Source of the DNA: Planctomycetota bacterium
GTDB taxonomy: Bacteria > Planctomycetota > Planctomycetia > Pirellulales > Lacipirellulaceae
Length of the DNA: 64,000 nucleotides
NCBI GenBank assembly: GCA_963578605.1
Contig: CAUZEA010000001.1
Span: 83,749 to 147,748 of the forward strand
Direction: 5' to 3'
This document shows positions 9,165 to 18,352 of this stretch, one piece after another. The notes under the pieces were generated by a model. It ran no database searches. It was given only the letters and a program-made list of their open reading frames with translations, and was not told the origin of the DNA. The position numbers and the translations under genes were made by a program. How positions within the stretch are numbered: position 1 is the first letter of the stretch; every line of letters starts with the position of its first letter.

Positions 9165-11885
9165 ATGGCTGAGCTTAAAACGTTCGTGTTCACCGACCTT
9201 GCTGACTCGGTCCGTTTGAAGGACGAGATGCCCGGGCAAAGTACCACGGAGCGCGACCAGGCATTTATTGAAACCATCTTATCGCCGCATCGCGAATATA
9301 TTGGGCGCGAGCTGGCGGCCTGCGACGGACGGATTGTATCAACTGCCGGTGACGGACACTTTATCGTGTTCGCGGATACGATTCTGGCTGCCCGCTGGGC
9401 AATCGCGATTCAAGAGATCCACCGCGATACTCCGCTCATGTCACCCCGGCACCATCCCATCGATGTCCGCATCAGCATTCACGTCGGGATCCCCCAGATC
9501 GACCCTCATGACACAAACAACTTTGTCGGCAAGCCGGTCGACTATGCTGCCCGCCTGAACGACTATGCCTCGGGGCGACAAATTCTCGTGTCGCGGAGCG
9601 TGGTGGCGATCCTGGAAGACGCTGGCATGGATGGGGTCACGTTTCACCGTCATGGTCACCGCGACTTGAAGGGCATCGGAGATATTGATGTGTTTGAGTT
9701 GATTTACGGCGATGACGGGCCGCGGCGCACCCGTCACGATCCATCCGAACTACGCGCCCGACAATGGTCGGTCATCCCCTCGACGATGGGATTGAGTGAA
9801 TTTTGTGGTACGGCCCCGCCGCCCGGAACGAAGACCCGTTTAACTTCCCAATCACGAAAGTTAGGCAACTACGAACTGGGCGAATTGTTGGGCAGTGGCG
9901 GCATGGGCGATGTCTACAAGGCCCGGCATACGCAGTTTGGACGGACGCGGGCAGTTAAGGTCATCAAGCAGCATTTCGTCGACACCGGACACGAAGAGGT
10001 CATCCGTCGGTTCTATCGCGAGATTCAGGCGGTTGGCCGACTGGAACACCCGAACATCGTGGTCGCGATCGAATCTTCGGCGCCGTCAGATGCCCTGCAT
10101 TACCTCGTTATGGAGTATATCGTTGGCGTCGACGTCGAGGGGTTGGTGGGCGAGCAAGGGCCCATGAGAATTGCCGACGCCTGCGAGGTTGCCCGCCAAA
10201 CCGCAGTCGGTCTCGCCTACATTCACCAGTACGGCATGGTTCACCGCGACATCAAGCCATCGAACCTGATGCTTACGGTTGTGGCCAATCACTCGTCGGC
10301 CGAAAGCACTCTGTTGTCGGACCAGGACGAGGCCAAGCCGAACCAATGCCTGGTCAAGATTCTTGATCTTGGCTTGGCCCTGCTGGCGAGCGACGATGCC
10401 GAACGACTTACTGTGTTCCACGACCGCGCCATGGGTACAGGCATGTACATGGCTCCAGAACAGTGGCGGACGACAAGTGTCGACATCCGGGCAGACATTT
10501 ACAGTCTGGGTTGCACACTCTACCACATGCTAAGTGGCCAACCGCCGTTTGCTGGCTCGGACCTTCGTCCTCGCCGGGCCCATGAAACGGAAAAGCCAGC
10601 CCGCATCCTCCGCACCGACCAGCCGATTCCGGCTGGGTTGCGGGCTATTCTCCGCAAAATGATGGCCAAACGACCCGCGGATCGATACGCCTCACCCATG
10701 GAAGTTGCAGATGCGTTGAAACCGTATTGTCGTGATCAGAAACTCGTTGATTTGGCCGAGTCTGGTCGCCAACAACTAACCGGGGCTCCCACCCATGCAA
10801 GTGCAGGTTCTGAGACGAAACCTGGCCTGGGCAGTCCGCCACAACCGTTGTCCCACCCTGTCGAAGAGCGGCCATTGCATAATCGATGGTTGACCACCGT
10901 GGCCGTGCTCGTGATGCTCACCCTCATCGTCTCGATAGCCCTCCTGGCAGGACGTCGCCAGGCGAACCAGCAGGACGATCAAACAGCCCGCATGAAAAGA
11001 CTGCAGTTTGTAGCCAGTGTGGCAGCCCAGGGAATCGCCGAGGATATTGAAGACCGCTTTGAGACACTCACCAGGCTGGCAGCAGCGCCGGTCCTCCGCG
11101 AAAACATGGCCGAGCTGGTGAAAAAACCGGATGATCCCGATCGGTGGGCACGGATCCAGGAATGGCTGATCGCGCGAAAATTAGCAGCGGATCCGAAAAT
11201 TGCCTCGGACAGTTGGTTCATCAACGACCTGCGCGGGGTGCAAATAGCGCGGGCCAACCCAAGTGCGAAAAGTCGTGGCAAGAGCTATGCGCACCGCGAT
11301 TACTTCCATGGCCTGGGAGGGGACTTGGACTCTACAAATAGCACAACCATCCCCAAGCCCATCACCCAACCGCATCAATCAGCCGTCTACCGCAGCACCT
11401 CCAGCGGACATTTAAAAGTCGCCTTTTCGGTACCGATCACTAACGGCGCACAACTGGAATCGAAACGCGCGGTCCTGGGAGTGTTGGCGATGTCCGTCGA
11501 CTTGGGGGCCTTTGACGTGTTGAACGATTTCAGTTCCGAAGAAAGCTTGTATCAATCGGTACTGATTGACATCGGGGACTACCAGATTGAAGGAGAGACC
11601 GGACGAGGCCTCGTCTTGCATCACCAAGGGAGGGCAAAACTTGGCGAAGGTGAGGACCTCCCTGTTGTGGGAAGACCACTGTGGGAACGCTTGCAGCAAG
11701 CGAATGAAGGCGCGGATGGCCGTCAGCGACGTGAGGGGACACTCATTGAGCATTATCTCGACCCGATTGTCTCAGGCGGGTTGTTGCAGTCGGCAGCAAT
11801 TTGCTCAGTCGACGACCGGTTACCAGCAGAGCTGGAACATGACACGAACTGGGTGGTTCTGGTGCAAGAGCCCGATAGTCCGTAA
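9165..11885 (+). CDS. Multidomain signalling protein: class III nucleotidyl cyclase domain, Ser/Thr protein kinase, one TM helix, C-terminal extracytoplasmic Cache-like domain
   Basis: Cyclase: FVFTDLADSVRL...STAGDGHFIVFAD...GKPVDYAARL. Kinase: LGSGGMGDVYKA...AVKVI...HRDIKPSNLML...DLGLA...YMAPE. TM: WLTTVAVLVMLTLIVSIALLAG. Cache-like: SWFINDLRGVQIARANPS...SYAHRDYF...VYRSTSSGHLKVAFSVPI...GVLAMSVDLGAF. Confidence 0.9.
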   Translation: MAELKTFVFTDLADSVRLKDEMPGQSTTERDQAFIETILSPHREYIGRELAACDGRIVSTAGDGHFIVFADTILAARWAIAIQEIHRDTPLMSPRHHPIDVRISIHVGIPQIDPHDTNNFVGKPVDYAARLNDYASGRQILVSRSVVAILEDAGMDGVTFHRHGHRDLKGIGDIDVFELIYGDDGPRRTRHDPSELRARQWSVIPSTMGLSEFCGTAPPPGTKTRLTSQSRKLGNYELGELLGSGGMGDVYKARHTQFGRTRAVKVIKQHFVDTGHEEVIRRFYREIQAVGRLEHPNIVVAIESSAPSDALHYLVMEYIVGVDVEGLVGEQGPMRIADACEVARQTAVGLAYIHQYGMVHRDIKPSNLMLTVVANHSSAESTLLSDQDEAKPNQCLVKILDLGLALLASDDAERLTVFHDRAMGTGMYMAPEQWRTTSVDIRADIYSLGCTLYHMLSGQPPFAGSDLRPRRAHETEKPARILRTDQPIPAGLRAILRKMMAKRPADRYASPMEVADALKPYCRDQKLVDLAESGRQQLTGAPTHASAGSETKPGLGSPPQPLSHPVEERPLHNRWLTTVAVLVMLTLIVSIALLAGRRQANQQDDQTARMKRLQFVASVAAQGIAEDIEDRFETLTRLAAAPVLRENMAELVKKPDDPDRWARIQEWLIARKLAADPKIASDSWFINDLRGVQIARANPSAKSRGKSYAHRDYFHGLGGDLDSTNSTTIPKPITQPHQSAVYRSTSSGHLKVAFSVPITNGAQLESKRAVLGVLAMSVDLGAFDVLNDFSSEESLYQSVLIDIGDYQIEGETGRGLVLHHQGRAKLGEGEDLPVVGRPLWERLQQANEGADGRQRREGTLIEHYLDPIVSGGLLQSAAICSVDDRLPAELEHDTNWVVLVQEPDSP

Positions 11886-12047
11886 AGCGTCGCCTTGATT
11901 GAGCGAGTTCTCATGCAATCGGTCGTGCCAACCGGGCAAGTCCGGTGAGGAAATTTCCAGCTTGTGCCCTTGCTCGGTGTGTTGGTCCATCCGCGCTAAA
12001 CATTGCCACGTCGTTCCCGGCAAACAGGCGGCGGTGTGGCCCCGCTT

Positions 12048-12878
12048 TCAATTCCCCAATTGTCGATTCAATGCGTCGAGGTCATTGCGGAGTTCGGTCG
12101 TGAATGACTCGAGTGTGGTTTTGGCCTCCTCGAGTTCCGAACGCAGTCGAGAAACCTCATCCCGCAATTGCCGCAACTGATCGACATCGATGGAAGTCCC
12201 GGATGTCGTCAAATTCGGGCCAGGCATCGAAGCAGCAACCTCGGCCGGGTTCCCTGCAGGGATCGGTGGCAAGGCGGTTGCTGTTGCCTCTGGCGCCTCG
12301 CCGGAACCAGCACCATGTTCACGGCGAACTTTTTCCAGTTCATGCTCGAGATAGAGCGTGTGGGTCACCACGGCACCACGGCCCTTGGGAGTCAAGTAAC
12401 TGGCCAGGCGTTTCGTTTGAAGGCTTTCCAGGAGCGGGCGCAATTCTTCGAGGCCCTTGATCGGCTCCATGCGGGCTGCCCGCCCCCGAAGTTCGCCGAC
12501 GGTCTGCGCCCCGCGCAAAAGCAATTCGGCAATGACCGCCAGTTCCACCTTATCGACCCCCAGCCAGTCATAGGCCCGATGTCGGTACTTGTCGACTCGG
12601 CCACTTCCGGTCACAAAAACGACCGCCCCAAGTTTGCGGAGGCGTTCTAAAGAATCTTCGACGGCCTCTGCGGAGAGCTGCATTTGAGGAGATCGGTTGC
12701 TTTTTTGGTTGCAACCCGCGCAGAGCCCGCTCCGTGAAAGGGGATAATTATCGGGAGTTGTCTTCGCTTTTTCGACGAGGACTCCCAAAACTCGGCGATC
12801 CTCGGCGCTTAAGGGTTGCCAAGAAGGTGCACTGGGGTTTGCGGTGTGGGGGTTTGCTGGCGGTGTTGCTTCATTCAT
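12048..12878 (-). CDS. YceH/DUF480-family protein with a C-terminal coiled coil
   Basis: LSAEDRRVLGVLVEKAKTTPDNYPLSRSGLCAGCNQKSNRSP matches the DUF480 N-terminal signature as I recall it. The C-terminus LRQLRDEVSRLRSELEEAKTTLE is coiled-coil-like. Confidence 0.75.
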   Translation of the reverse strand: MNEATPPANPHTANPSAPSWQPLSAEDRRVLGVLVEKAKTTPDNYPLSRSGLCAGCNQKSNRSPQMQLSAEAVEDSLERLRKLGAVVFVTGSGRVDKYRHRAYDWLGVDKVELAVIAELLLRGAQTVGELRGRAARMEPIKGLEELRPLLESLQTKRLASYLTPKGRGAVVTHTLYLEHELEKVRREHGAGSGEAPEATATALPPIPAGNPAEVAASMPGPNLTTSGTSIDVDQLRQLRDEVSRLRSELEEAKTTLESFTTELRNDLDALNRQLGN

Positions 12879-13003
12879 GGTTGTTTTTCAGCGGGCCTGT
12901 TTTTGCGGAGCGATCCTCGAAGTCAACGAGAGTCGCATTTGCGGCATCTCCCGGCAAGTGGTGTGGCTCAACCTACCCGACCGGAGCTTGTCAAAACAAT
13001 GGC

Positions 13004-13044
13004 GCAAAAAAAACCCCGGGAACCGCTGAGCGATTCCCGGGGTT
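13004..13044 (-). terminator. Rho-independent terminator downstream of the outer-membrane barrel gene
   Basis: The minus strand reads AACCCCGGGAA-11 nt loop-TTCCCGGGGTT followed by TTTTTTTT, about 55 nt after the stop at 13099. Confidence 0.7.
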
Positions 13045-13098
13045 GGAAAGGGTCCTGTTTGAACTCAAGACCGTATAGGTCCTGCCTCGTTCGATCAA

Positions 13099-14433
13099 CT
13101 AGAAGGTGGCAATACAATCAACTCCGAATACGACCTGGTTGAAATCGCCTCCCCCGCTGGTGTCGGACGGCGTCCAGTTGTAACGAACCTCCGGACGGAC
13201 GGTGAGGTTGGCGTGTGCCCGGTAATTGATACCACCGGTAAGCTCATAGTATGAACTATAGTCGCCGAAGATATTGCTCTTCCACCATTCAGCACGACCG
13301 CCAACGGCCCAGCAATCGTTCAGGGTGTAGAACAAGTACTGATTAATACCAACATCTTCACGATCGTTTTGATCAGTATAGTAATCACTCTGGAGAACAT
13401 ACGTCAGGCAATTCGTCAGAGTGGCATCGAAGACCACGCTGTGGCTATAGCCGTCAGTACCGTTACTCCGCTTACCGAAATTGCCGGCAGTGAGAATGTA
13501 GGCAACCGAGACGTCATCGACTACGCTGGTGCTGAAACCACCCAGGAAGCTCGAACCGTTGTCATATTGGTCGAAACCAGTATCCCAACCGAGGGTCCAA
13601 CCAGCATAGATATCGGTACCACAGTTGCTATAGGTCGCCAAAACACCAGTGTGTGTGAACGGCTCGCTATTGTACATCGTGTATGAATGGCTATAGAAGA
13701 AGTTTTGTGGAGCTGGAATAACTTCGTAGCCAACGAGCGTGAAAAAGTGACCAGCGATAACTGACCAGTCGCCATAGGCAACTTCGGCGTAAAGCTGAGG
13801 AAGAGCCCAACCGTAATAGCCATGGTCGAAGCCGTTCTCGTAGTCCCAGTGACCCGAATTGTTACCGAACGCCTGCGTTTTCTGAGCATCGGTACCGTAC
13901 ATGAGGTCAGCACGCATACCCCAATCCCAACAGCAGGGACTGGCGTTTGCCTTTTTCTCTAGGTAAAGCCATGCCTGTTGAAGTCGGATGCCATCTGGCA
14001 CGTCGTTGAATGACCCGAGGTCACCCGGTGAAAACGACATGCGCGTCGTATCACTGTGGTAACCTAACTGCGTCCAACCACCGAAGTCCCAGCAGGAGCA
14101 GGGACAGAGTTGGTCTTTGAGCGTGCAGGGATCGCCCAGGCAGCAATCATCGTAACAGTTACCCCATCCGCCACCGCAAGGGTCGCCGCCACAGCAGTCG
14201 CCACAGCCAGTGTCGCAGCAGCAATCCGATTCGCAGCAGCAATCCGATTCGCAGCAGCAATCCGATTCGCAGCCGCAATCCGATTCGCAGCCGCAATCCG
14301 ATTCGCAGCCGCAATCCGATTCGCAGCCGCAACCAGCCAAGTTGTAATTAAATGCCGTTTGGATCGTTGATTGTGCCATCACAGGCATAGCACAAAACGT
14401 CAGGACGGCCGCAGACAGTGTCCATCTCGCCAT
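13099..14433 (-). CDS. Outer-membrane beta-barrel protein (BBP7/DUF1551-like, tentative) with an extremely Cys-rich repetitive N-terminal head
   Basis: Start MARWTLSAAVLTFCAMPVMAQS (signal peptide) at 14433; the longer ORF start at 14589 is unlikely. Aromatic-rich alternating pattern throughout. The terminal ...FGVDCIATF ends in Phe as in OM barrels. The head is (CGCESD)x4 (CCCESD)x2 CCC... Confidence 0.8.
   Translation of the reverse strand: MARWTLSAAVLTFCAMPVMAQSTIQTAFNYNLAGCGCESDCGCESDCGCESDCGCESDCCCESDCCCESDCCCDTGCGDCCGGDPCGGGWGNCYDDCCLGDPCTLKDQLCPCSCWDFGGWTQLGYHSDTTRMSFSPGDLGSFNDVPDGIRLQQAWLYLEKKANASPCCWDWGMRADLMYGTDAQKTQAFGNNSGHWDYENGFDHGYYGWALPQLYAEVAYGDWSVIAGHFFTLVGYEVIPAPQNFFYSHSYTMYNSEPFTHTGVLATYSNCGTDIYAGWTLGWDTGFDQYDNGSSFLGGFSTSVVDDVSVAYILTAGNFGKRSNGTDGYSHSVVFDATLTNCLTYVLQSDYYTDQNDREDVGINQYLFYTLNDCWAVGGRAEWWKSNIFGDYSSYYELTGGINYRAHANLTVRPEVRYNWTPSDTSGGGDFNQVVFGVDCIATF
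14215..14332. repeat. 18-bp tandem repeat array, six full units plus a partial seventh, in frame within a CDS
   Basis: gcagcagcaatccgattc x3, then gcagccgcaatccgattc x3, then gcagccgcaa. Encodes CCCESD and CGCESD units on the minus strand. Confidence 0.95.
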
Positions 14434-14487
14434 GTTCACTTTTGGACTCCTTTTCCCGAGTAATTTATCGGTTGTTGCGGCAACGCT

Positions 14488-14533
14488 TGCCGCACCCACT
14501 CCGTCGAATGTGCCGCACCCACTCCGTCGAATG
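14488..14533. repeat. Perfect 23-bp tandem duplication in the 5' region of the barrel gene
   Basis: tgccgcacccactccgtcgaatg occurs twice back to back, 55-100 nt upstream of the ATG at 14433. Confidence 0.9.
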
Positions 14534-14830
14534 GAGACCCGTGCAACACGACACATGCAGCACAGGCCAGCCGGAACATCAACCGCCACTAGCCCCTACA
14601 TCGACTCCACTCACACGGAGGATGAACGGCCAAACTGACGATTTGCAGAGAATAGGCAGGGAATCGGCTTAAACTGGATAATTTTTGCCGCTTGTTGAAG
14701 AAGTGCGGCCGCCGAACCTGCCTGCTGGTGGTCAGGGGCAAAGGCGGCACGCGTTCGTTTGCATCCGCATCGGACCTGGAACGTGCCTCAGGCAGTAAAG
14801 CCCGATGAAGAAAACAGGCAATCGGGTCTT

Positions 14831-15574
14831 TCAAATCTTTTCGTTGGGATTCTCGGCTTCTTGAAAACGGTCGACTCGCCATCCAGCATTCGGCTGGGCA
14901 ACCCCACGTTTTTCCATCGTTAATGCGACCGGCAAAGATCCCGACCCGATTGGCCCCTGCACGGTAAATTGAAGAATCACCAGCTTCCGGTCATGAGGCA
15001 ATTGTTCGGTGGCAACGGTTTTGTCAAATTGGACCTTGGCCTGTTCACCCCAGTCGATCAGTTTCGCGACGACCGGCGAGGCTTTAAACTGGTCGATTGG
15101 ACTTTCTGTGGAACTGCCAAAGGGTGAGGGTACGGGAGGCTTTTTGGCCGGGCGTTGGAACGCCGTGGTAAGGTAAAACGCCGTTTCCGGCTGACCATTC
15201 CGGAGATGATCGAACCACACGAGAGCGGTTGGCCGCGCCTGCCGCGACAAGAGCCAGGTGGTAACCTGTTTTTTCATGGGCACTGCACAGGCAGAGGCGA
15301 TCGCCAAGGCCAATCCCACCAGTGCTGCTTTCCGGCCAAAGAGTCGGCCGTCGCTAGCAGCGATCTTTGCCAGGGCAAGCAGTGAAATGGCGATTCCCAA
15401 CCCGGGAATGGCTATCAGCAACGGGGCGGTGAAAACCAGGGGGGAGGCCAGGCCCAAAAGGAAGCTGAAAATGGCGAGTCCACTAGGAGACCGATACGAC
15501 GCCAACTGTTCGGCTTCGTGAGTCGATCTTGCCGGTTCTATCAACGGCTTTCCGGTCGTTACGTGAGACTCCAT
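14831..15574 (-). CDS. Hypothetical membrane protein (two N-terminal TM helices, DUF4190-like, plus a soluble domain)
   Basis: GLAIFSFLLGLASPLVFTAPLLIAIPGLGIAISLLALAKIAASDG. It is the only long ORF in this interval. Confidence 0.55.
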   Translation of the reverse strand: MESHVTTGKPLIEPARSTHEAEQLASYRSPSGLAIFSFLLGLASPLVFTAPLLIAIPGLGIAISLLALAKIAASDGRLFGRKAALVGLALAIASACAVPMKKQVTTWLLSRQARPTALVWFDHLRNGQPETAFYLTTAFQRPAKKPPVPSPFGSSTESPIDQFKASPVVAKLIDWGEQAKVQFDKTVATEQLPHDRKLVILQFTVQGPIGSGSLPVALTMEKRGVAQPNAGWRVDRFQEAENPNEKI

Positions 15575-15732
15575 GAAACGGCAGATTCTTTTGAGTCGTG
15601 TGCGGGCTTCCCGGAGAAATCGGGTTCGAAAACCCGTACCTGGGCGGAAAGCTGATCCGGGTTGGCCAGCTGCCGGGTTTTGCTTTCTCTGGGTGAGTTA
15701 GTCCTAATTCTGCTGGGAGGTGAGGCGTTACG

Positions 15733-16332
15733 TCAACGCCTGACCCGTAGCCCCGAAGCTTTTTCCAGTTTTGTACGATGGTCTGTATAGATTTTGGCGA
15801 AGGAACCGCCTTGAAACGGCACGAGCAGCTTGCCGCCATAGGCGTCTGGCGTGGTCATTCGCTCGACAAATCTCAACCAGGCCAAATCGGGAGATGCCAG
15901 TGCCGATTTTCCCTCAATTTGTTCGTGGACCAATTTCCCACCCAAGCCCTCTTTTTGGAGTGGTGCTGTGTGCAGCGTTGCGACGGCAAATGACGTGATC
16001 ACCCAGGCAGCGAGGGCTGCCATGAGCGGCCCGCAGATCGTATCGATGGGATGCTTCAATCGTAACCGCGTGGTTGACAACCGATCGGTCAACACCCTCG
16101 CCACGATCATGGTGACAACAAACAAGGCCCACAACATCAAAAAGTCGAGCAAATACGTAAACTCTCCGCCCAAGGCCTCATCTACCTTGATGGTAAGCGG
16201 CGCGTAGAACCCGAACGCGACTATGCCGCTGATAAAAACGTTCACCAAGGTAATCGTGTTGCTCCAGAGACCCTCGCGAACCATCATCGCCAGGGAAGCG
16301 AAGAATATGATACCAACGATTGCGATAAACAT
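15733..16332 (-). CDS. cvpA: CvpA-family integral membrane protein
   Basis: MFIAIVGIIFFASLAMMVREGLWSNTITLVNVFISGIVAFGFYAPL... with four predicted TM helices, the typical CvpA N-terminal pattern. Confidence 0.65.
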   Translation of the reverse strand: MFIAIVGIIFFASLAMMVREGLWSNTITLVNVFISGIVAFGFYAPLTIKVDEALGGEFTYLLDFLMLWALFVVTMIVARVLTDRLSTTRLRLKHPIDTICGPLMAALAAWVITSFAVATLHTAPLQKEGLGGKLVHEQIEGKSALASPDLAWLRFVERMTTPDAYGGKLLVPFQGGSFAKIYTDHRTKLEKASGLRVRR

Positions 16333-16342
16333 AATAGCCTCT

Positions 16343-18244
16343 TCACAGACTCAACACGCGCTGTAGTTCCTGGAGGGAGGTCACACCACGGGCTACGAGC
16401 AAGATTCCTTCCTCCTGCAATGTTCTCATGTGAGCGGCACGTGCCGCCTTGCGGAGCAGTTCCAGTTTTGGTTGTTTGACGAGAAGTCTACGAATTTCCT
16501 GATTGACGACCAACAATTCAAACAATCCGCTCCGTCCTCGATAGCCAATCCCTGTGCATTGGAGGCAAGGCTTGTCGACTTCTTCCGTCTTGGGTGTGCG
16601 ATAGAACTGCTCGACCTTGCCGGCAGGAATCCCGAGTTTTTTCAACAGCTCGGGAGAAGGCTCGTAGGCGACTTTGCAAGACTCACAAAGTTTTCGGACG
16701 AGCCGCCCATTCAATACTGCGGTAACGAGTTCTGCAAAATCGCCCTGTGGCACCTTTTGTTGAAGCATACGCAGCAGCGCTTCGGGAGCTTCTTTTGCAT
16801 GCACGTTCGTGATGATCAAACGATCATCGCGAACTTCGTTCGCCGGCTTGCAGATCTCAAACAGCATCGTTGCTGTTTTGTCATCGACAAAATCGCGCAC
16901 AATCAGCACTTCGGGATACTTGCGGATTATGGGCCCAAGTGTCGAAGCCGGCGTTTCGTTTGCCGCCGCGTTGTATGTCCAAACGTCGATATTTTCGATA
17001 TCGCGTTCCCGATGTGATTCCTCCTCGATAGCAAAGAAATCACGCATTAACCGATCCGTTTCGTACAGCGAAACGTCGGTCAAGGTCGTGAGGCCTCCTG
17101 CTGGCATGGCCGAAAGGATCAACAACCCTTTGCCAGTGCCAAGCAGCTGCAGCCAACGCTCAGCCAGTTTATCGCGCATGCCCAATTCTTCGAGCGTGTT
17201 GAATTGATCGCGACGCCCGCCCAGCAAATCGATGGCGACACGTTCCCCGGTCTTGACTCCCTGAGTCGTGACGGGACAAATGTACTTGGCGCCGTTGTAG
17301 CCTGCGCCAAACCTGCTGACTTGTTTCTTGCGGCGTTCATTTATGTCGAGCCCAGCGAGCGTCTTGATCACGGCCAGCATGACATCACCCGATTCGCGAT
17401 CTCGGGTTTCGCCATTGTGCCACACGCCGTCGATGTGATCCCGCTCCACAACGGACTGTTGCGTGTATTCAATGATGACGCGGTCAACCCGCTTGTTCAC
17501 CATGTTGGCAACCAGTTCCTTGACGATCAAATACCCGGGAGACTGTCGCGCCGTGACAAGATTGGCTTGATTTTGACGATCTTCTTCAGCCCCGATGGCA
17601 AGCAAATCGACGTTGACTCCCTTCTCATATTCGGCTTTGCGCTCCGCGTCGATTTTGATGCCAACCTTATTCGCAAGTTGTGCCATCTCGTAACGGAACC
17701 AGTCGCCGGTAAAGATCTTTTGGTGACCTTCCACGGACTTGTTGTGGATTACCACGTAGGGACTGAAGGAGGCGATGTAGGAAACGAACAGCAAACCAAG
17801 GCCCAGGGGGAAAAAACTGGGAAGCGGTGAAAACATCGGGAAGACGAAGAAAAAAACCACCAGGAAGAAAGGCAGGAACATAATGAGATTCCATTTGCCG
17901 TAGCCGAGTTCGTGGATTTGGCTATCACGATTCACCCAATCGACCGAGCGAACCCAAATCAGGAACAACAGCCAAAAGATGAGCAACTTGAGCCAACTCA
18001 CCGAAAACTGGCGGTTTCGGGGGATCGAATGGACATCGTTCCACTTGTCGATTTTTGGTGCCTGCGCTGGCAAAGCTGCTTCCGCTGGCCCCTCGCCGGC
18101 AACATCTTCACCCGTTTCCTTTTCACCCGCTTCGGGCGCGTCAACGGGGTCTTGCTGTGCGTGAGCAAGCGTCGCAATGCTACCGACCGCGAGCAAACCA
18201 CAAATCAGCAGAGCCAAACCTTGTCGGTTGAAATATGCCTTCAT
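16343..18244 (-). CDS. Membrane-anchored GspE/PilB-like protein with degenerate ATPase motifs
   Basis: Signal peptide MKAYFNRQGLALLICGLLAVGSIATLAHA plus about 3 TM helices. GspE N2-like region: RVIIEYTQQSVVERDHIDGVWH...INERRKKQ. The C-terminal tetracysteine CESCK...CLQCTGIGYRGRSGLFELL is conserved. Walker A is GLLILSAMPAGGLTTL, Walker B is YPEVLIVRDFVD, and the His box is RLIITNVHAKEA. Confidence 0.8.
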   Translation of the reverse strand: MKAYFNRQGLALLICGLLAVGSIATLAHAQQDPVDAPEAGEKETGEDVAGEGPAEAALPAQAPKIDKWNDVHSIPRNRQFSVSWLKLLIFWLLFLIWVRSVDWVNRDSQIHELGYGKWNLIMFLPFFLVVFFFVFPMFSPLPSFFPLGLGLLFVSYIASFSPYVVIHNKSVEGHQKIFTGDWFRYEMAQLANKVGIKIDAERKAEYEKGVNVDLLAIGAEEDRQNQANLVTARQSPGYLIVKELVANMVNKRVDRVIIEYTQQSVVERDHIDGVWHNGETRDRESGDVMLAVIKTLAGLDINERRKKQVSRFGAGYNGAKYICPVTTQGVKTGERVAIDLLGGRRDQFNTLEELGMRDKLAERWLQLLGTGKGLLILSAMPAGGLTTLTDVSLYETDRLMRDFFAIEEESHRERDIENIDVWTYNAAANETPASTLGPIIRKYPEVLIVRDFVDDKTATMLFEICKPANEVRDDRLIITNVHAKEAPEALLRMLQQKVPQGDFAELVTAVLNGRLVRKLCESCKVAYEPSPELLKKLGIPAGKVEQFYRTPKTEEVDKPCLQCTGIGYRGRSGLFELLVVNQEIRRLLVKQPKLELLRKAARAAHMRTLQEEGILLVARGVTSLQELQRVLSL

Positions 18245-18306
18245 CAGATGATTGTCAGGATGGTTTGCCACCATCTCCCCAAGCGCCACCCACTTGACGC
18301 GAACAG

Positions 18307-18352
18307 CTTGACTAATGGCTTGACTAATGGCTTGACTAATGGCTTGACTAAA
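18307..18352. repeat. 12-bp tandem repeat (cttgactaatgg), three full units plus a partial fourth
   Basis: Covers the pilT stop codon and the spacer to the next gene. A further cttgac copy sits at 18293. Confidence 0.9.
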
